A stretch of 64,000 nucleotides of DNA, taken from NCBI GenBank assembly GCA_016713405.1, contig JADJPF010000015.1:1-64000 (forward strand). Reading direction: 5' to 3'. The position numbers and the translations under genes are program-made. How positions within the stretch are numbered: position 1 is the first letter of the stretch; each line of letters begins with the position of its first letter. The notes beneath the pieces were generated by a model, which saw only the letters and a list, made by a program, of their open reading frames with translations, searched no databases and was not told the origin of the DNA. Positions 28,627-39,285 of this stretch are shown piece after piece. The DNA is from Blastocatellia bacterium. GTDB taxonomy: Bacteria > Acidobacteriota > Blastocatellia > Chloracidobacteriales > JADJPF01.

Positions 28627-31600
28627 ATGGGGCAAGCTAATAACGCTACTTTAGCTGCTGATACACTTATAGCTGATAAATATAGAGTTATTGAGCTTAT
28701 TGGTTATGGTGGTGTAGGAGAAGTCTACTTAGCGAAAGATGAAAAAATACAACGACTTGCAGCTATAAAATTGCTTTTTAAGGAACTTAATAACGATATT
28801 GATCATAAATCTCGATTTCTTCGAGAAGCTCGGACAATTTCCTCTCTAAATCATCCTAACATTATTACCGTCTATGAAATAGGTTTTTTTGATGATCAAT
28901 TATTTATTGCTACAGAATATGTTGAAGGTCAAACACTACGCCAAATTGTAGAGAAAAAAGGGAGTTTTAAGCTAAAAGATTTTTTTAGTATTGCAATCCA
29001 ATCAATCCAAGGCTTAATGATTGCCCATCAAAATGGTATTGTTCATCGAGACTTAAAATTAGAGAATTTTATTTTGCGCTCAGATGGATTAGTAAAAATT
29101 CTAGATTTTGGCCTAGCAAAAGTTTCTGACAATTGCTCAAATACGGTTTTAAGAAGCGGTGCAGGCTTTAAGACTGATGCAGGTGTGATTTTAGGAACGC
29201 CTAATTATATGTCTCCAGAACAAGCCAAGGGGGAAGATGTAGATATAAGATCAGATATATTTTCTTTAGGATCAGTATTTTATGAGTTGTTAACAGGTAA
29301 AGTTGCTTTTGATGGCAATAGCCTAGTGCAAACCTTAATGAATTTAGCTGTATCACAGCCTCCACCAATGCCAGCAACTGTTCCTAGTAAGCTTAAAGCA
29401 GTAATAATGAGAATGCTGCAAAAATCACCAGCAGCACGCTATCAAACAATAGAACAAGTTTTAACAGAATTAGCAAGTTTATATGATGAGCTTAATTTAG
29501 CTAATAATCTTACTAATTATGTAACAACAGCCAATAAAATACCTACAGGAGTTTATAAAAAAGTTGGTACTGCTGCTTTAACCCCAACTACACCACAATA
29601 TGATCAATTTGTTGGACGTATAGAAGAACTCCAACTAATACAAACTCAAATCTTACAAATGGGTCAACAATCAGCCCATCCAATAATAATTTTATCTAAT
29701 AGTGGTGCAGGCAAGACGTTTTTATTAAGTAAGTTACAGGAAATTATTAGTCAACAAGATCTATTAGTTACATTAGTTAATCTTTTTGATCAGGATAATT
29801 TTACTCAACCTTATCAATGGATTTTACCGATGCTTGCTAATTTACTAGGCTTTCGCTTTGAAGATTCTTTAATGGATAAAAGCGGAGCATTAGCACAACG
29901 TGTTAACGCTAGAATAAAAGCTCGTTATGGTTTAACTTTGCCAGCAGAAATATGGAGTCAGAATTTAGAAACAAAACATGAAAGTGAAAAATGGCCTGTT
30001 TTTGAAGTTATTAATCAAATCCTTCAAGCTCTAGTTAAAGATAAAAAACTTCTTATCCTATTTGATAACTTACATTTAGCTAATGAGTTAAGCCTAGAGT
30101 TGATAGGTTATACAATTAGAAATAACAGTAATAAAAAAATATTTTTAGTTGCTACTACGAATTTATCAGAAATAAATCGATCAGGTAGTTTTCTTGAAGA
30201 CTGGTTTTTTAGACAAAGTAAATATGTGAAGTTTGAAATTGTTGACTTAAAATCTTTTACTTTAGAAGAAACAAAAATTTATTTTGAAGCTTTATTTCGT
30301 CAGATAGAAATTTCCGAGCGAGAGCTAAACTATATTTATCAAATTACTAATGGTAATCCTTATTACTTAAGCGAAGTTGTTCGTTTATTGGTGCAGGAAG
30401 GAAAAATACATTTAGTTGGTAGTTGGTGGCATTGCGAAGCTTTAGAAAATATTGCATTACCTAACACTATTGGAACAGCTTTACTTTATAAAATAGAGAA
30501 ATGTGACGAAGAGTTAAAAGAGTTAATTACTAAAGTTTCCATACTAGGTAATAGTTTTAGCTTTGATTTGCTTACAGAATTTTTAGAATTTGAGCCAGAA
30601 AAGCTAGAACCGTTATTAGTAGAAGCAGAAAAAGAGCATTTTATTTATGAGCAACGAAGCTCAAAAATAGATGAATATTGTTTTCAAAGCTCTGCTCTTC
30701 AACAAGTTTTGTATGATTCTCTTAGTAAACGTCAAAGGAGAAAGCTACACTCACAAGCAGCCCTAGCGATAAAGAAGATATTTCAAAATAATTTAAGGCA
30801 AGTTTTAAGCACACTTACTTTTCATCATTATGCTGCAACGGAATGGCAAGAAACTTTTTATTTTGGACAACAAGCAATAATACAATCTTTTGAACAATCT
30901 GCTTGGGGTGAAGTTGTAAAACTTGGTCAATTGGTTGAAGAAGCAGCCACAATTTTACAAGAAAATCAAGAAATTAATTTGGCTGATTTAGCTTTACTAG
31001 TAGATATAAAAAATAAACATGCTAGCGCGTTAGTAAATTTAGGTAAATTAGAGCTAGCATTGACCATAGCTCAAAGCGCGCTTCAACTAGCAGAGAAATT
31101 ACAAGATAATAATCTTCTGGCTCAAAGCTATGGAAATCTTTCACATTTTGGTTGGTATCAAGGGCGTTTCAAAGATGTAATCATTTGGGCAGAAAAAGGG
31201 TTATCTATTGCTCAAATAGCACAAAATAAATTTTGGCAACAACAGCTAAACTTGCAAACAGGCCGGGCTAAATTGCGAGTTGCTCATTACAAAGAAGCTC
31301 TATTTAATTTAACAGAAGCTTGTCGGCTAGCTGAACAACTCCAAGAAGAAAAGCTACTTGCTCATGCTCAGGTTTTTCAAGGTCTTTGTTTACAGCTTTT
31401 AGGTGAGCGTCAAAAGGGTTTTGAATTAGTTGAGAAGGGCATGGCATTAGCTAACAAATTAGGGGATTCACTCTTTTTATGCCGAGCTTATTCTATGCTT
31501 TCGGTTATGTATTTTTATGAATACAATACAGATTCTCTTAAAGAAGTTCATAAAAAAGGAGTTGTTTTATCTCGTCAAATAGGTTGGAGGCTTGGAGAGG

Positions 31601-32172
31601 TTTACCAGCATGTTTATTTAGGAAATGCTTATCTTTTTGAAATTAGTTTTGATATAGATCAGGCATCAAACCTTTTACAACATGCTTTAGCTCTTGCTTT
31701 AGAAATAGGGGACAAAGCTACTACACTTGTGATTAAACGGGGAATAGCCAAAATAGCTGCTTTAGAAGGAGATTATCATTTAGCTACCAATCAATTAAAA
31801 CAATTTGTGGCAGTGCTAAAAAGTTTTGGTGAATTGCCAGAACAAATGTTAACCCTAGAAGTACTAGCTCAAATTCAAGAATCAGCCGGAGAAAATGCAG
31901 TTGCTTATGATACTTATAATAATGCCCTAGAAATAGCTCAAAATATTGGAGCTATACATCAGCAATGGAGTATTTTACTTGGTAAAGCTCGCTGTTTGTT
32001 TAAGTTAGAAAAATTAGAGGAAGCTTTAGAGACTTTAAAATTATCAGAAAAAATAGTGAAAATTTTGTTAGAAGGTTTTACTAATGACGAAGATTCAAAA
32101 TGCTTAACTAAAGCAACTCAAAGTGTGTATCAGCTTTTAAGGCAGATTCAACTTCAAAGCTCTACAAATTAA
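28627..32172 (+). CDS. Ser/Thr protein kinase fused to a P-loop (AAA/STAND-like) NTPase and TPR repeats
   Basis: Kinase motifs 'GGVGEVYLAKD', 'HRDLKLENFIL', 'DFGLAK' and 'MSPEQ'. Walker A 'NSGAGKTFLL'. A long helical repeat region of about 450 aa at the C-terminus. Confidence 0.85.
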   Translation: MGQANNATLAADTLIADKYRVIELIGYGGVGEVYLAKDEKIQRLAAIKLLFKELNNDIDHKSRFLREARTISSLNHPNIITVYEIGFFDDQLFIATEYVEGQTLRQIVEKKGSFKLKDFFSIAIQSIQGLMIAHQNGIVHRDLKLENFILRSDGLVKILDFGLAKVSDNCSNTVLRSGAGFKTDAGVILGTPNYMSPEQAKGEDVDIRSDIFSLGSVFYELLTGKVAFDGNSLVQTLMNLAVSQPPPMPATVPSKLKAVIMRMLQKSPAARYQTIEQVLTELASLYDELNLANNLTNYVTTANKIPTGVYKKVGTAALTPTTPQYDQFVGRIEELQLIQTQILQMGQQSAHPIIILSNSGAGKTFLLSKLQEIISQQDLLVTLVNLFDQDNFTQPYQWILPMLANLLGFRFEDSLMDKSGALAQRVNARIKARYGLTLPAEIWSQNLETKHESEKWPVFEVINQILQALVKDKKLLILFDNLHLANELSLELIGYTIRNNSNKKIFLVATTNLSEINRSGSFLEDWFFRQSKYVKFEIVDLKSFTLEETKIYFEALFRQIEISERELNYIYQITNGNPYYLSEVVRLLVQEGKIHLVGSWWHCEALENIALPNTIGTALLYKIEKCDEELKELITKVSILGNSFSFDLLTEFLEFEPEKLEPLLVEAEKEHFIYEQRSSKIDEYCFQSSALQQVLYDSLSKRQRRKLHSQAALAIKKIFQNNLRQVLSTLTFHHYAATEWQETFYFGQQAIIQSFEQSAWGEVVKLGQLVEEAATILQENQEINLADLALLVDIKNKHASALVNLGKLELALTIAQSALQLAEKLQDNNLLAQSYGNLSHFGWYQGRFKDVIIWAEKGLSIAQIAQNKFWQQQLNLQTGRAKLRVAHYKEALFNLTEACRLAEQLQEEKLLAHAQVFQGLCLQLLGERQKGFELVEKGMALANKLGDSLFLCRAYSMLSVMYFYEYNTDSLKEVHKKGVVLSRQIGWRLGEVYQHVYLGNAYLFEISFDIDQASNLLQHALALALEIGDKATTLVIKRGIAKIAALEGDYHLATNQLKQFVAVLKSFGELPEQMLTLEVLAQIQESAGENAVAYDTYNNALEIAQNIGAIHQQWSILLGKARCLFKLEKLEEALETLKLSEKIVKILLEGFTNDEDSKCLTKATQSVYQLLRQIQLQSSTN

Positions 32173-32621
32173 AATGTTTCTGAGAGAATAAACTGTACCA
32201 AACGATTAGTAGCGTCTAAAGCTGCTTGTGCAATTCCTCTGTGCATCATAGGTTCTTCACATTGACAAGCCCCTGTTAACTCATATTTACTGCGTCCATA
32301 TGCTAAATCAGCAATTACTACTAACAATGGTGTATCAAGAAATTGAGGATTTAGCTTAATTGCATTTCGTAGAGTAAACTCAACTGAGACAGGTAAGGCT
32401 TCTTGAACTGCTTTTAAGGTGGCTGTTGCAACAGTGGCTAGAGAGTCTTCATTTGCTTCAGCTAAGTGTTTAGCCGTAATACGTTGCCCTTTTAAGGATA
32501 ATACTACGGAAGCTTCTTTAGGTGTATTAGAATCACCTATTATTAGATTTACATCAATTAAAATTAAACGTGCCATTTTTTTAGTAGAATTATGGGGTTT
32601 GGATAACTGGTTTTGTGGCAT
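32169..32621 (-). CDS. Hypothetical protein
   Basis: ORF only. An alternative start is MARLILID at 32576. The stop overlaps the stop of the convergent kinase gene by 4 nt. Confidence 0.4.
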   Translation of the reverse strand: MPQNQLSKPHNSTKKMARLILIDVNLIIGDSNTPKEASVVLSLKGQRITAKHLAEANEDSLATVATATLKAVQEALPVSVEFTLRNAIKLNPQFLDTPLLVVIADLAYGRSKYELTGACQCEEPMMHRGIAQAALDATNRLVQFILSETF

Positions 32622-32815
32622 AACATTATATGTAGCAAAAAGAGTTTTGGCTAGCTAGCTTGGAAATTTATTGGATTTAACCAAATTAAAGAAATAAAGT
32701 TTTTGTTTAAATTTGAAGGTTAATTAAGATAAAAATACTTTTTGCCACTTTATAGAAGTTTGATAAGATCTAAAGGTACGTTAATAGTAAAAATCTTAGG
32801 GAGAAATCATTATAA

Positions 32816-33331
32816 ATGACTACAAATTATCCAAAACCTTCTGTTACAGTAGACACAATTATTTTTGCTTTACACCAACAAGATATAAAAATTTTGCTAA
32901 TAAAGCGTAAATATCCGCCTTTTGCTAATAAATGGGCAATTCCTGGAGGGTTTGTAGATGTAAATGAAGCTTTACCTTTAGCCGCAGCTAGAGAATTAGA
33001 GGAAGAAACAGGGCTAAAGGGTGTTGAATTAAAACAATTTTATAGTTTTGGTGATCCTGGACGTGATCCAAGAGGTCATACAGTAACTGTTGCCTATCAT
33101 ACTTTTTTAGCTGATCTTCCAACAGAAGTAACCGGAGCAGATGATGCAGATAAAGCAGAATGGTTTTCTATTAAATCTTTGCCGGAAATGGCTTTTGACC
33201 ATAAAGAAGTATTGGATTTAGCTATAAATGATTTGAAAAATAGAGTAGAAATAACTTTGAGGCTATCAGATTTTTTTAGTGGTGAGTTAAAAATATCTGA
33301 TTTGAGAAGCATTAATGGAATATTTAAATAG
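32816..33331 (+). CDS. NUDIX hydrolase
   Basis: Nudix box 'GGFVDVNEALPLAAARELEEETGL'. Confidence 0.9.
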   Translation: MTTNYPKPSVTVDTIIFALHQQDIKILLIKRKYPPFANKWAIPGGFVDVNEALPLAAARELEEETGLKGVELKQFYSFGDPGRDPRGHTVTVAYHTFLADLPTEVTGADDADKAEWFSIKSLPEMAFDHKEVLDLAINDLKNRVEITLRLSDFFSGELKISDLRSINGIFK

Positions 33332-33344
33332 ATAAAATTTTATT

Positions 33345-33374
33345 AAAATAGCCTCTTCCAAAAGAGGCTATTTT
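33345..33374. terminator. Bidirectional rho-independent terminator
   Basis: A perfect 13-bp stem (33345-33357 with 33362-33374) and a 4-nt loop, between convergent genes. Confidence 0.7.
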
Positions 33375-33380
33375 AAGGTT

Positions 33381-34463
33381 TTAACGAGCGAAGACCAAAC
33401 TAAGTAATCTTTGCCAAAAACTTTTCTTTTGCTCAGGAGGAGGTGGAGGAGGTTTTTCTTGTTTTGGCTCTTCTTTAATAGGAATTTGCTTAATTTCTGG
33501 AACTTCTGCTGGAGCATTAGACAAAGCTTCTTCCAATTCCTGGGCTAAAACAGCAGCAGATTGTTGTCGATCTTTAGCTTGCTTAGATAAGGATCGCAAA
33601 ACAGATTGTTCTAATCTAATAGGGATTTCCGGCTTTATTTCACGAGGAGGTTTAGGTTTTGCCTGAATATGTTGCATTAGCAACATTGCTGAGGTTTTAC
33701 CAGTAAAAGGAACATTACCAGTAAGCATTTGATAGAGTATTATCCCCATACTATAAATATCAGAACGGTTATCCAATTCTAGACCTTGAGCTTGTTCAGG
33801 TGAAATATACTGAGGTGTCCCTACCACAACACCAGCACTAGTAAGATTAGGGTCTTTGCCACTTTCTTTCATTTTAGCAATAGAAAAATCTATTACTTTT
33901 ACTTTTTCTGTGTCTTTACCATAATCAAGGATCAAAATATTATCGGGTTTAAGGTCTCTATGGATAATAGATTTTTGGTGAGCAACATCAACTGCTAAAC
34001 AAACTTGGCGCATTATTTTTACTGCGCGGCTGCTTTCAATAGTAGTTTCTCTTTTTAAGACTTCTTGTAAGCTTATACCATTAATTAACTCCATAACTAG
34101 GTACAAGACATTATCTGATGTTACGCCAAAGTCCATTATAGAAATAGCATTTGGATGATTAACTGTGCGGGCAGAACGGGCTTCACGTCGAAAACGTTCT
34201 ACAGCAGTGCTATCAGTAACTAAATGTGGATGGAGAATTTTGACTGCTACGGGCAGTCCCATATGTAGATGTTTGGCTTCATAAACATTACCCATACCAC
34301 CTTTACCAATTAATCTTTCAACTTGGTATTTGGCATCTAAAACCAAACCAACAAACTTATCTGGAGATTCTTCATCATCAACTAACCTTTTGCCATCATT
34401 TGGACAAAAGACCGCTGTTTCTGCAAAAAGCTGACTGCAGGCTGGGCATTTTTTCTTGGCCAT
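33381..34463 (-). CDS. Ser/Thr protein kinase with an N-terminal zinc ribbon
   Basis: 'KKCPACSQLF...FCPNDG', 'GKGGMGNVYEA', 'HRDLKPDNILI', 'DFSIAK' and 'ISPEQ'. Confidence 0.9.
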   Translation of the reverse strand: MAKKKCPACSQLFAETAVFCPNDGKRLVDDEESPDKFVGLVLDAKYQVERLIGKGGMGNVYEAKHLHMGLPVAVKILHPHLVTDSTAVERFRREARSARTVNHPNAISIMDFGVTSDNVLYLVMELINGISLQEVLKRETTIESSRAVKIMRQVCLAVDVAHQKSIIHRDLKPDNILILDYGKDTEKVKVIDFSIAKMKESGKDPNLTSAGVVVGTPQYISPEQAQGLELDNRSDIYSMGIILYQMLTGNVPFTGKTSAMLLMQHIQAKPKPPREIKPEIPIRLEQSVLRSLSKQAKDRQQSAAVLAQELEEALSNAPAEVPEIKQIPIKEEPKQEKPPPPPPEQKKSFWQRLLSLVFAR

Positions 34464-34677
34464 TATCTGTTCCTGTTTTTTATTAATATATTATTATTTA
34501 ATACTGAGATTTTAATAAGCCCTATATAAGTTACGACTTTCTTAGCCAAGAATCAAGAAAATCCTGAATATAATTTAGTAAAAGAAGCTAATATGATGTT
34601 TTATTGATGTAATAATTCAGGAGTTTAGCATAGTAACCCGCTAAAAATTAATAAAAATTAACGGGTTACTAACAAGA

Positions 34678-35847
34678 TTAGATGTTACCAATAGCGATCT
34701 GCATTTTTAAGGCACTTTGTCTTGTAAGATAAAATTTAGTTGTTCCATCTCTTCCACTTAAATTAAGAACTAAACCACCATCTTTTCCAGTTGAAATTGT
34801 GACACTAGTTCCATATTGACCGCCAAAACTACCAACAGATGTTTGTACAGCAGTAAGAGTAGGTTGACTATCAGTTCCTTTACTTAAAAGTTTTTCTAGA
34901 TCTTTTAGACCATTGTATGTAGTAATAAAGGTAATTTCTTTGTTTTCTTGTTTTATGCTGATGCGATAAGAGGTTCCTATTACTTTGTTAACAGCTTTAT
35001 AAAGCTCTAATTTTTGGCTTTGGTCAAAGGCAGAAAAAAATACTGAACGAGTAACATCGTAAACTTGCTTAATGTCTTCATCTGGATCATTATTTTTTAT
35101 TGTTGTGTTATTTGATGTTGCAGGGCGGGTATTAGGATTTGTTTTTCTTAAATCATCCATGCTCATAGCAGCAGGGGGACGGTTATTTGAATTGTTGGAT
35201 GTGTTGCTAGTAGGACGATTAGTAGCTAAATCATTAAGGGTTACACCTGGGCCTTGTAATATTGGAGTAGAGGGACGAATATAAATTAAGTTTAAGCTTG
35301 GTTCTGGTTCTTGAAAGCTTTTTCCTTCAGCTTCAGCTATTTCTATTGGAGACTTCTCAGAGTTGGCCCAAATACCTACTTTTTGTTTACGAGCTTGTGC
35401 TTCAGCAGATTTAAGTGCGCCATCAATTTGTAGGTCTTCTTTTGCTGGTGTATAAAATCCAACTCCTAGTTTTAGAAGTTCTGTGTTTGCAATATCTTTT
35501 TCTATTCCACGTGAAAAAGTAACATAAATAAGTGCGCGACCAAATTGATCTCTATGGCCTAAACTTCCATAAGCACGATCAAAAGATATTTCTATTTTTT
35601 TACCTAAAAGCAAATCTTCCGTTAAAGCACGTGCTTGATCTCCAAATGGTTGTCCTTCTTTTTTACCATGTTTAGCTTGTGGGGAGGTTATTCCTATTAA
35701 TTTGGCTACTTCACCATTATCTAATACTAAAGTGTCAGCATCTTGAACACTTATAACAACACGATTTTTCCAAGGGTCAATTTGAGCAAGTAATAAAATA
35801 GGGAAAAATAACATTGTCAAAGTTGCTAACCAAAAATTCTTGAGCAT
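34678..35847 (-). CDS. Secreted thermonuclease (SNase-like) domain protein with a long C-terminal extension
   Basis: 'VVISVQDADTLVLDNGEVAKLIGITSP...GQPFGDQARALTEDLLLGKKIEISFD...DQFGRALIYV' follows the staphylococcal nuclease pattern. The ATG at 35847 has GGAG upstream; the track uses a GTG at 35865. Confidence 0.7.
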   Translation of the reverse strand: MLKNFWLATLTMLFFPILLLAQIDPWKNRVVISVQDADTLVLDNGEVAKLIGITSPQAKHGKKEGQPFGDQARALTEDLLLGKKIEISFDRAYGSLGHRDQFGRALIYVTFSRGIEKDIANTELLKLGVGFYTPAKEDLQIDGALKSAEAQARKQKVGIWANSEKSPIEIAEAEGKSFQEPEPSLNLIYIRPSTPILQGPGVTLNDLATNRPTSNTSNNSNNRPPAAMSMDDLRKTNPNTRPATSNNTTIKNNDPDEDIKQVYDVTRSVFFSAFDQSQKLELYKAVNKVIGTSYRISIKQENKEITFITTYNGLKDLEKLLSKGTDSQPTLTAVQTSVGSFGGQYGTSVTISTGKDGGLVLNLSGRDGTTKFYLTRQSALKMQIAIGNI

Positions 35848-35973
35848 AAGCAAATCTCCAAACACATCAAATTACTAAAAATTTTATTGTTTTCTTATTA
35901 TGCTTATAAATGATTTTCTTTGCAATTGTAGATATAAATTCATTTCTTTTAACAATTACCTAGCACTTTTCAT

Positions 35974-37515
35974 TTAGTGAGAGGTATTGACTTTTTCTTG
36001 TTCAAGCAAAGAAATTTCCTTAAATTCATTTGATTGACTGCTTGGAATTAATAAAGCTGTTAAGAGTCCAAGTAGAGAAAGAAAAAAACAAATTGTAAAT
36101 ATTGAGTGTAAAGAATTTGATAGTCCTTGGGCAAATATATTTATTGACTCAAAACTTAAATTAAGACGAGTTGAAGAATCAAAAATTATACTAGGATTAT
36201 CAACTATTTGTGTAAGTTCTTGTCTTATTTGAGAGTTAGAAGCTTGTGCAGTTATTTTTGCTAAACTAAAAGCTAGCATACTTCCTAGTATACCTGTACC
36301 TAATACACCTCCAATATTGCGGAAAAATTGAGTTGAAGAAGTAACTACACCTAGTAGTTTATGCTCTACCTGGTTTTGTACAGCCATCAATATAGCAAAA
36401 GTAGCAAAACCCATGCCTATACCAATTGTTGCTATACTTAGGTAAATATAATATTTATTGCTGTTAGGGTTTATAGATAAAATAAGAAGAAAGTTTCCTA
36501 AAACTAGAGCTATCATTCCTAATATTACTAAAGGACGATAGCCAAAGCGTAAGATTAATTTACTGCTTATAAAAGAACTAAAAATCCAGCTAAATAATAG
36601 AAACATAATAGTTTTACCAGCTTCTGTTGCCGTGGATTTTAGAACAGATTGCATAAAAAGTGGTACAAATGACAATGTTCCAAAAAGTACACATCCTAAT
36701 AAAAAGTTTCCTACACTACTAATTAGAAAGATTCGTTCTTGAAATAAACTAAGCGGTAATATTGGTTCAACAGCTTGTTTTTCAAAATAGATAAAGGCAA
36801 ACAATAGAAGTAAACAAATTAGTAATAAACTTATTGTTATTAAAGAAGAGGAAATTTCTTTTGATTCTAAACAAACTATTAATAACAGAGAAATTAAAGC
36901 TGTTAATGAAATGGCTCCAGAATAATCAATTTTAGGTTTAGTTGTAGCAATAGGTAAGTTCTTCATACTAAAACTAATAACCAAAGTGGCTAACAAGCCA
37001 AAAGGGATATTTATATAAAAAACCCAACGCCAAGAAAAATTATCACTAATAAAACCACCTAAAACCGGCCCAAGTATAGAGGCAATACCCCAAACACTAC
37101 TAAATAAGCCTTGCATTTTAGCTCTTTGCTGTATGGTGTAGATTTCTCCAATAATTGTTAATCCCAAAGGAATAATTGCTCCAGCCCCAAGACCTTGTAA
37201 GGCACGAAAAATGATCAATTGATTCATAGATTGGGAAAGCCCAGAAAGTGCTGAACCAATTAAAAATATACTAATACCTAATAGATAAGCAGAACGTCTT
37301 CCATAAAGATCAGAAAGTTTGCCCCAAATCGGCATGCTAACAGTAGAAGTAAGTAGATAAATAGAAAAGACCCAGCTATATCTAGCCAATCCACCCAGAC
37401 TTGCTATTACTGTGGGCATTGCTGTTGAAACAACAGTTGATTCCATTGCCGCAAGTAACATTCCTGTTAATACTGCAATAGTAATCCATAAACGTTGTTG
37501 TCTAGATAGTTGCAT
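35974..37515 (-). CDS. MFS transporter, DHA2 (EmrB/QacA-like, about 14 TMS) family
   Basis: 513 aa. 'GKLSDLYGRR', 'FRALQGLGAGAI' and many hydrophobic segments. Confidence 0.8.
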   Translation of the reverse strand: MQLSRQQRLWITIAVLTGMLLAAMESTVVSTAMPTVIASLGGLARYSWVFSIYLLTSTVSMPIWGKLSDLYGRRSAYLLGISIFLIGSALSGLSQSMNQLIIFRALQGLGAGAIIPLGLTIIGEIYTIQQRAKMQGLFSSVWGIASILGPVLGGFISDNFSWRWVFYINIPFGLLATLVISFSMKNLPIATTKPKIDYSGAISLTALISLLLIVCLESKEISSSLITISLLLICLLLLFAFIYFEKQAVEPILPLSLFQERIFLISSVGNFLLGCVLFGTLSFVPLFMQSVLKSTATEAGKTIMFLLFSWIFSSFISSKLILRFGYRPLVILGMIALVLGNFLLILSINPNSNKYYIYLSIATIGIGMGFATFAILMAVQNQVEHKLLGVVTSSTQFFRNIGGVLGTGILGSMLAFSLAKITAQASNSQIRQELTQIVDNPSIIFDSSTRLNLSFESINIFAQGLSNSLHSIFTICFFLSLLGLLTALLIPSSQSNEFKEISLLEQEKVNTSH

Positions 37516-37758
37516 AAAGTGTTTTTCCTAGTTTGACAAATTAAAAAAATACAAAACATAATAAGTAACAAAAATGAATCTACGCAATAGATCTAAACAT
37601 AGTTGAACTATTTGCCAAAAGTAGTGACAATAACAAAAAACTTGCGCTACTATAACTAAAAATATTTAGTTATATCAGAAATTACTTAAAGTAATCTAAA
37701 GAATTAAACATATAAATAAGCTATAGTTTTTTATTGCTAAGGACAATAAGTTTTAGAG

Positions 37759-37980
37759 GTGATGATGTCATCAGAAGCAAAAAGCATTTTTTGTGAACAT
37801 ATTAGGGTAGGCGATAAACCTTTGTTTGAAGATGATGATCCAACAATAGATAGTTCACAAGTGGAAACAGCACCTGCTTTTCAATGTGGATTAAGTGTGC
37901 AGCCCTGTCGCTATGCAACACGTAAAAATCAATGCCCCACTTATCAAAATTATTTAGTAAAACTTTCCTCTATAAATTAG
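37759..37980 (+). CDS. Small hypothetical protein (73 aa, Cys-containing)
   Basis: ORF with AGAGGTG immediately upstream of tandem ATG codons. No family recognised. Confidence 0.35.
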   Translation: MMMSSEAKSIFCEHIRVGDKPLFEDDDPTIDSSQVETAPAFQCGLSVQPCRYATRKNQCPTYQNYLVKLSSIN

Positions 37981-38141
37981 TTAAGTAAAAAGTTAAGATT
38001 ATTAAAAATCTTAATTTTCTGTTAAAAGTGCTTTTATAATAAACTATTGATTTGTTAGTTATTTGGAAACAAAGAAAATATTTAGACATTTAGATAATCA
38101 TATTTTTGTTTTATAAAAGATTTTATATATTTAAGGATGTT

Positions 38142-39266
38142 ATGGGTACAATACTTGTTATTGATGATGATAAATTTATTACAGAAATAATAGCTAGATT
38201 TTTAAATAAGCATAATCATGAAGTATTAAAAGTACATAAAGGTAAAGAAGGTATCAAAATAGCTATAGATACATTACCAGATGTTATTTTACTAGATCAA
38301 GTAATGCCAGATATTGAAGGCACTGCTGTTTGTGAGACCTTAAAAAATGATGAAAGAACAAAAGATATCCCAATAGTTTTTGTTACTTCTAAGGTTGAGT
38401 TAGATGATCAAGTACAAGCCTTAAGACTAGGAGCGCATGACTATATTTGTAAACCTATTGAGCCAAAAGAGTTAATTGCTCGTGTTGAGGCTGCTTTAAG
38501 GATCAAATATCTTCAAGATCAATTAAAAGATAAGTTACGCATTAGCCAAGAATTAGAAGAAACTCGCCAACATTTACTTGAACAATATATGAATTCTATG
38601 TTTGGGCAACTAGCAGAAAGTCTAATGCATGAATTAAATAATCCTTTAATGGCCGTTATTGGACTAGCAGAGCTAGTAAAAGGACGTGGTTTATCTAGAG
38701 ACAATCAATTGTTATCCCATATGGAAATGATTAGAGATATGGGATTAAGGGCTAGTGCTAAACTAAATAGTCTACTCTGTATTGCTAAAGATGAAGGTAG
38801 TAGTATAAGTATTGATGTTAATAAAATTGTTAAAGATGTTGTTGAATTAGTAAATGCACATCTTTTAATTGCAGGTGTGGAGTTAAACTTAATCTTGCAA
38901 GATAACATAAAGGAAATTAAAGGTAATCAAAGTCAAATTGCTAGAGCCATACTAGCCTTAATAAATAATGCTATTGAAGCTACAGAAAAAAGTTCAGATA
39001 TTAGCAATAAAAAAATTGCTGTTCATACATCACAACTACCAACAGGAGAAGTTAGTATAAAAGTCTATAATTTTACAGGACATATTTCTGAAGATATAAA
39101 AGAAAAACTGTTCCAACCCTTTTTTACTACCAAAAAGAGTAATTATCATGCAGGTTTAGGATTATATTTTGTCCAAAATATAGCTAAAGACCATAAAGGT
39201 CATATTAATTGGGAAAGTACATTAGAAAATACTTGGTTTGAGGTAGTTTTACCAGTTAATCTATAG
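38142..39266 (+). CDS. Hybrid response regulator-histidine kinase (REC + HisKA + HATPase_c)
   Basis: REC: 'ILVIDDD...DVILLDQVMPDIEG...PIVFVTSK'. H-box: 'SLMHELNNPL'. ATPase: 'FQPFFTTK...GLGLYFV'. The start is the ATG at 38142. Confidence 0.85.
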   Translation: MGTILVIDDDKFITEIIARFLNKHNHEVLKVHKGKEGIKIAIDTLPDVILLDQVMPDIEGTAVCETLKNDERTKDIPIVFVTSKVELDDQVQALRLGAHDYICKPIEPKELIARVEAALRIKYLQDQLKDKLRISQELEETRQHLLEQYMNSMFGQLAESLMHELNNPLMAVIGLAELVKGRGLSRDNQLLSHMEMIRDMGLRASAKLNSLLCIAKDEGSSISIDVNKIVKDVVELVNAHLLIAGVELNLILQDNIKEIKGNQSQIARAILALINNAIEATEKSSDISNKKIAVHTSQLPTGEVSIKVYNFTGHISEDIKEKLFQPFFTTKKSNYHAGLGLYFVQNIAKDHKGHINWESTLENTWFEVVLPVNL

Positions 39267-39285
39267 ACTCACGTTTTTATTTAGG

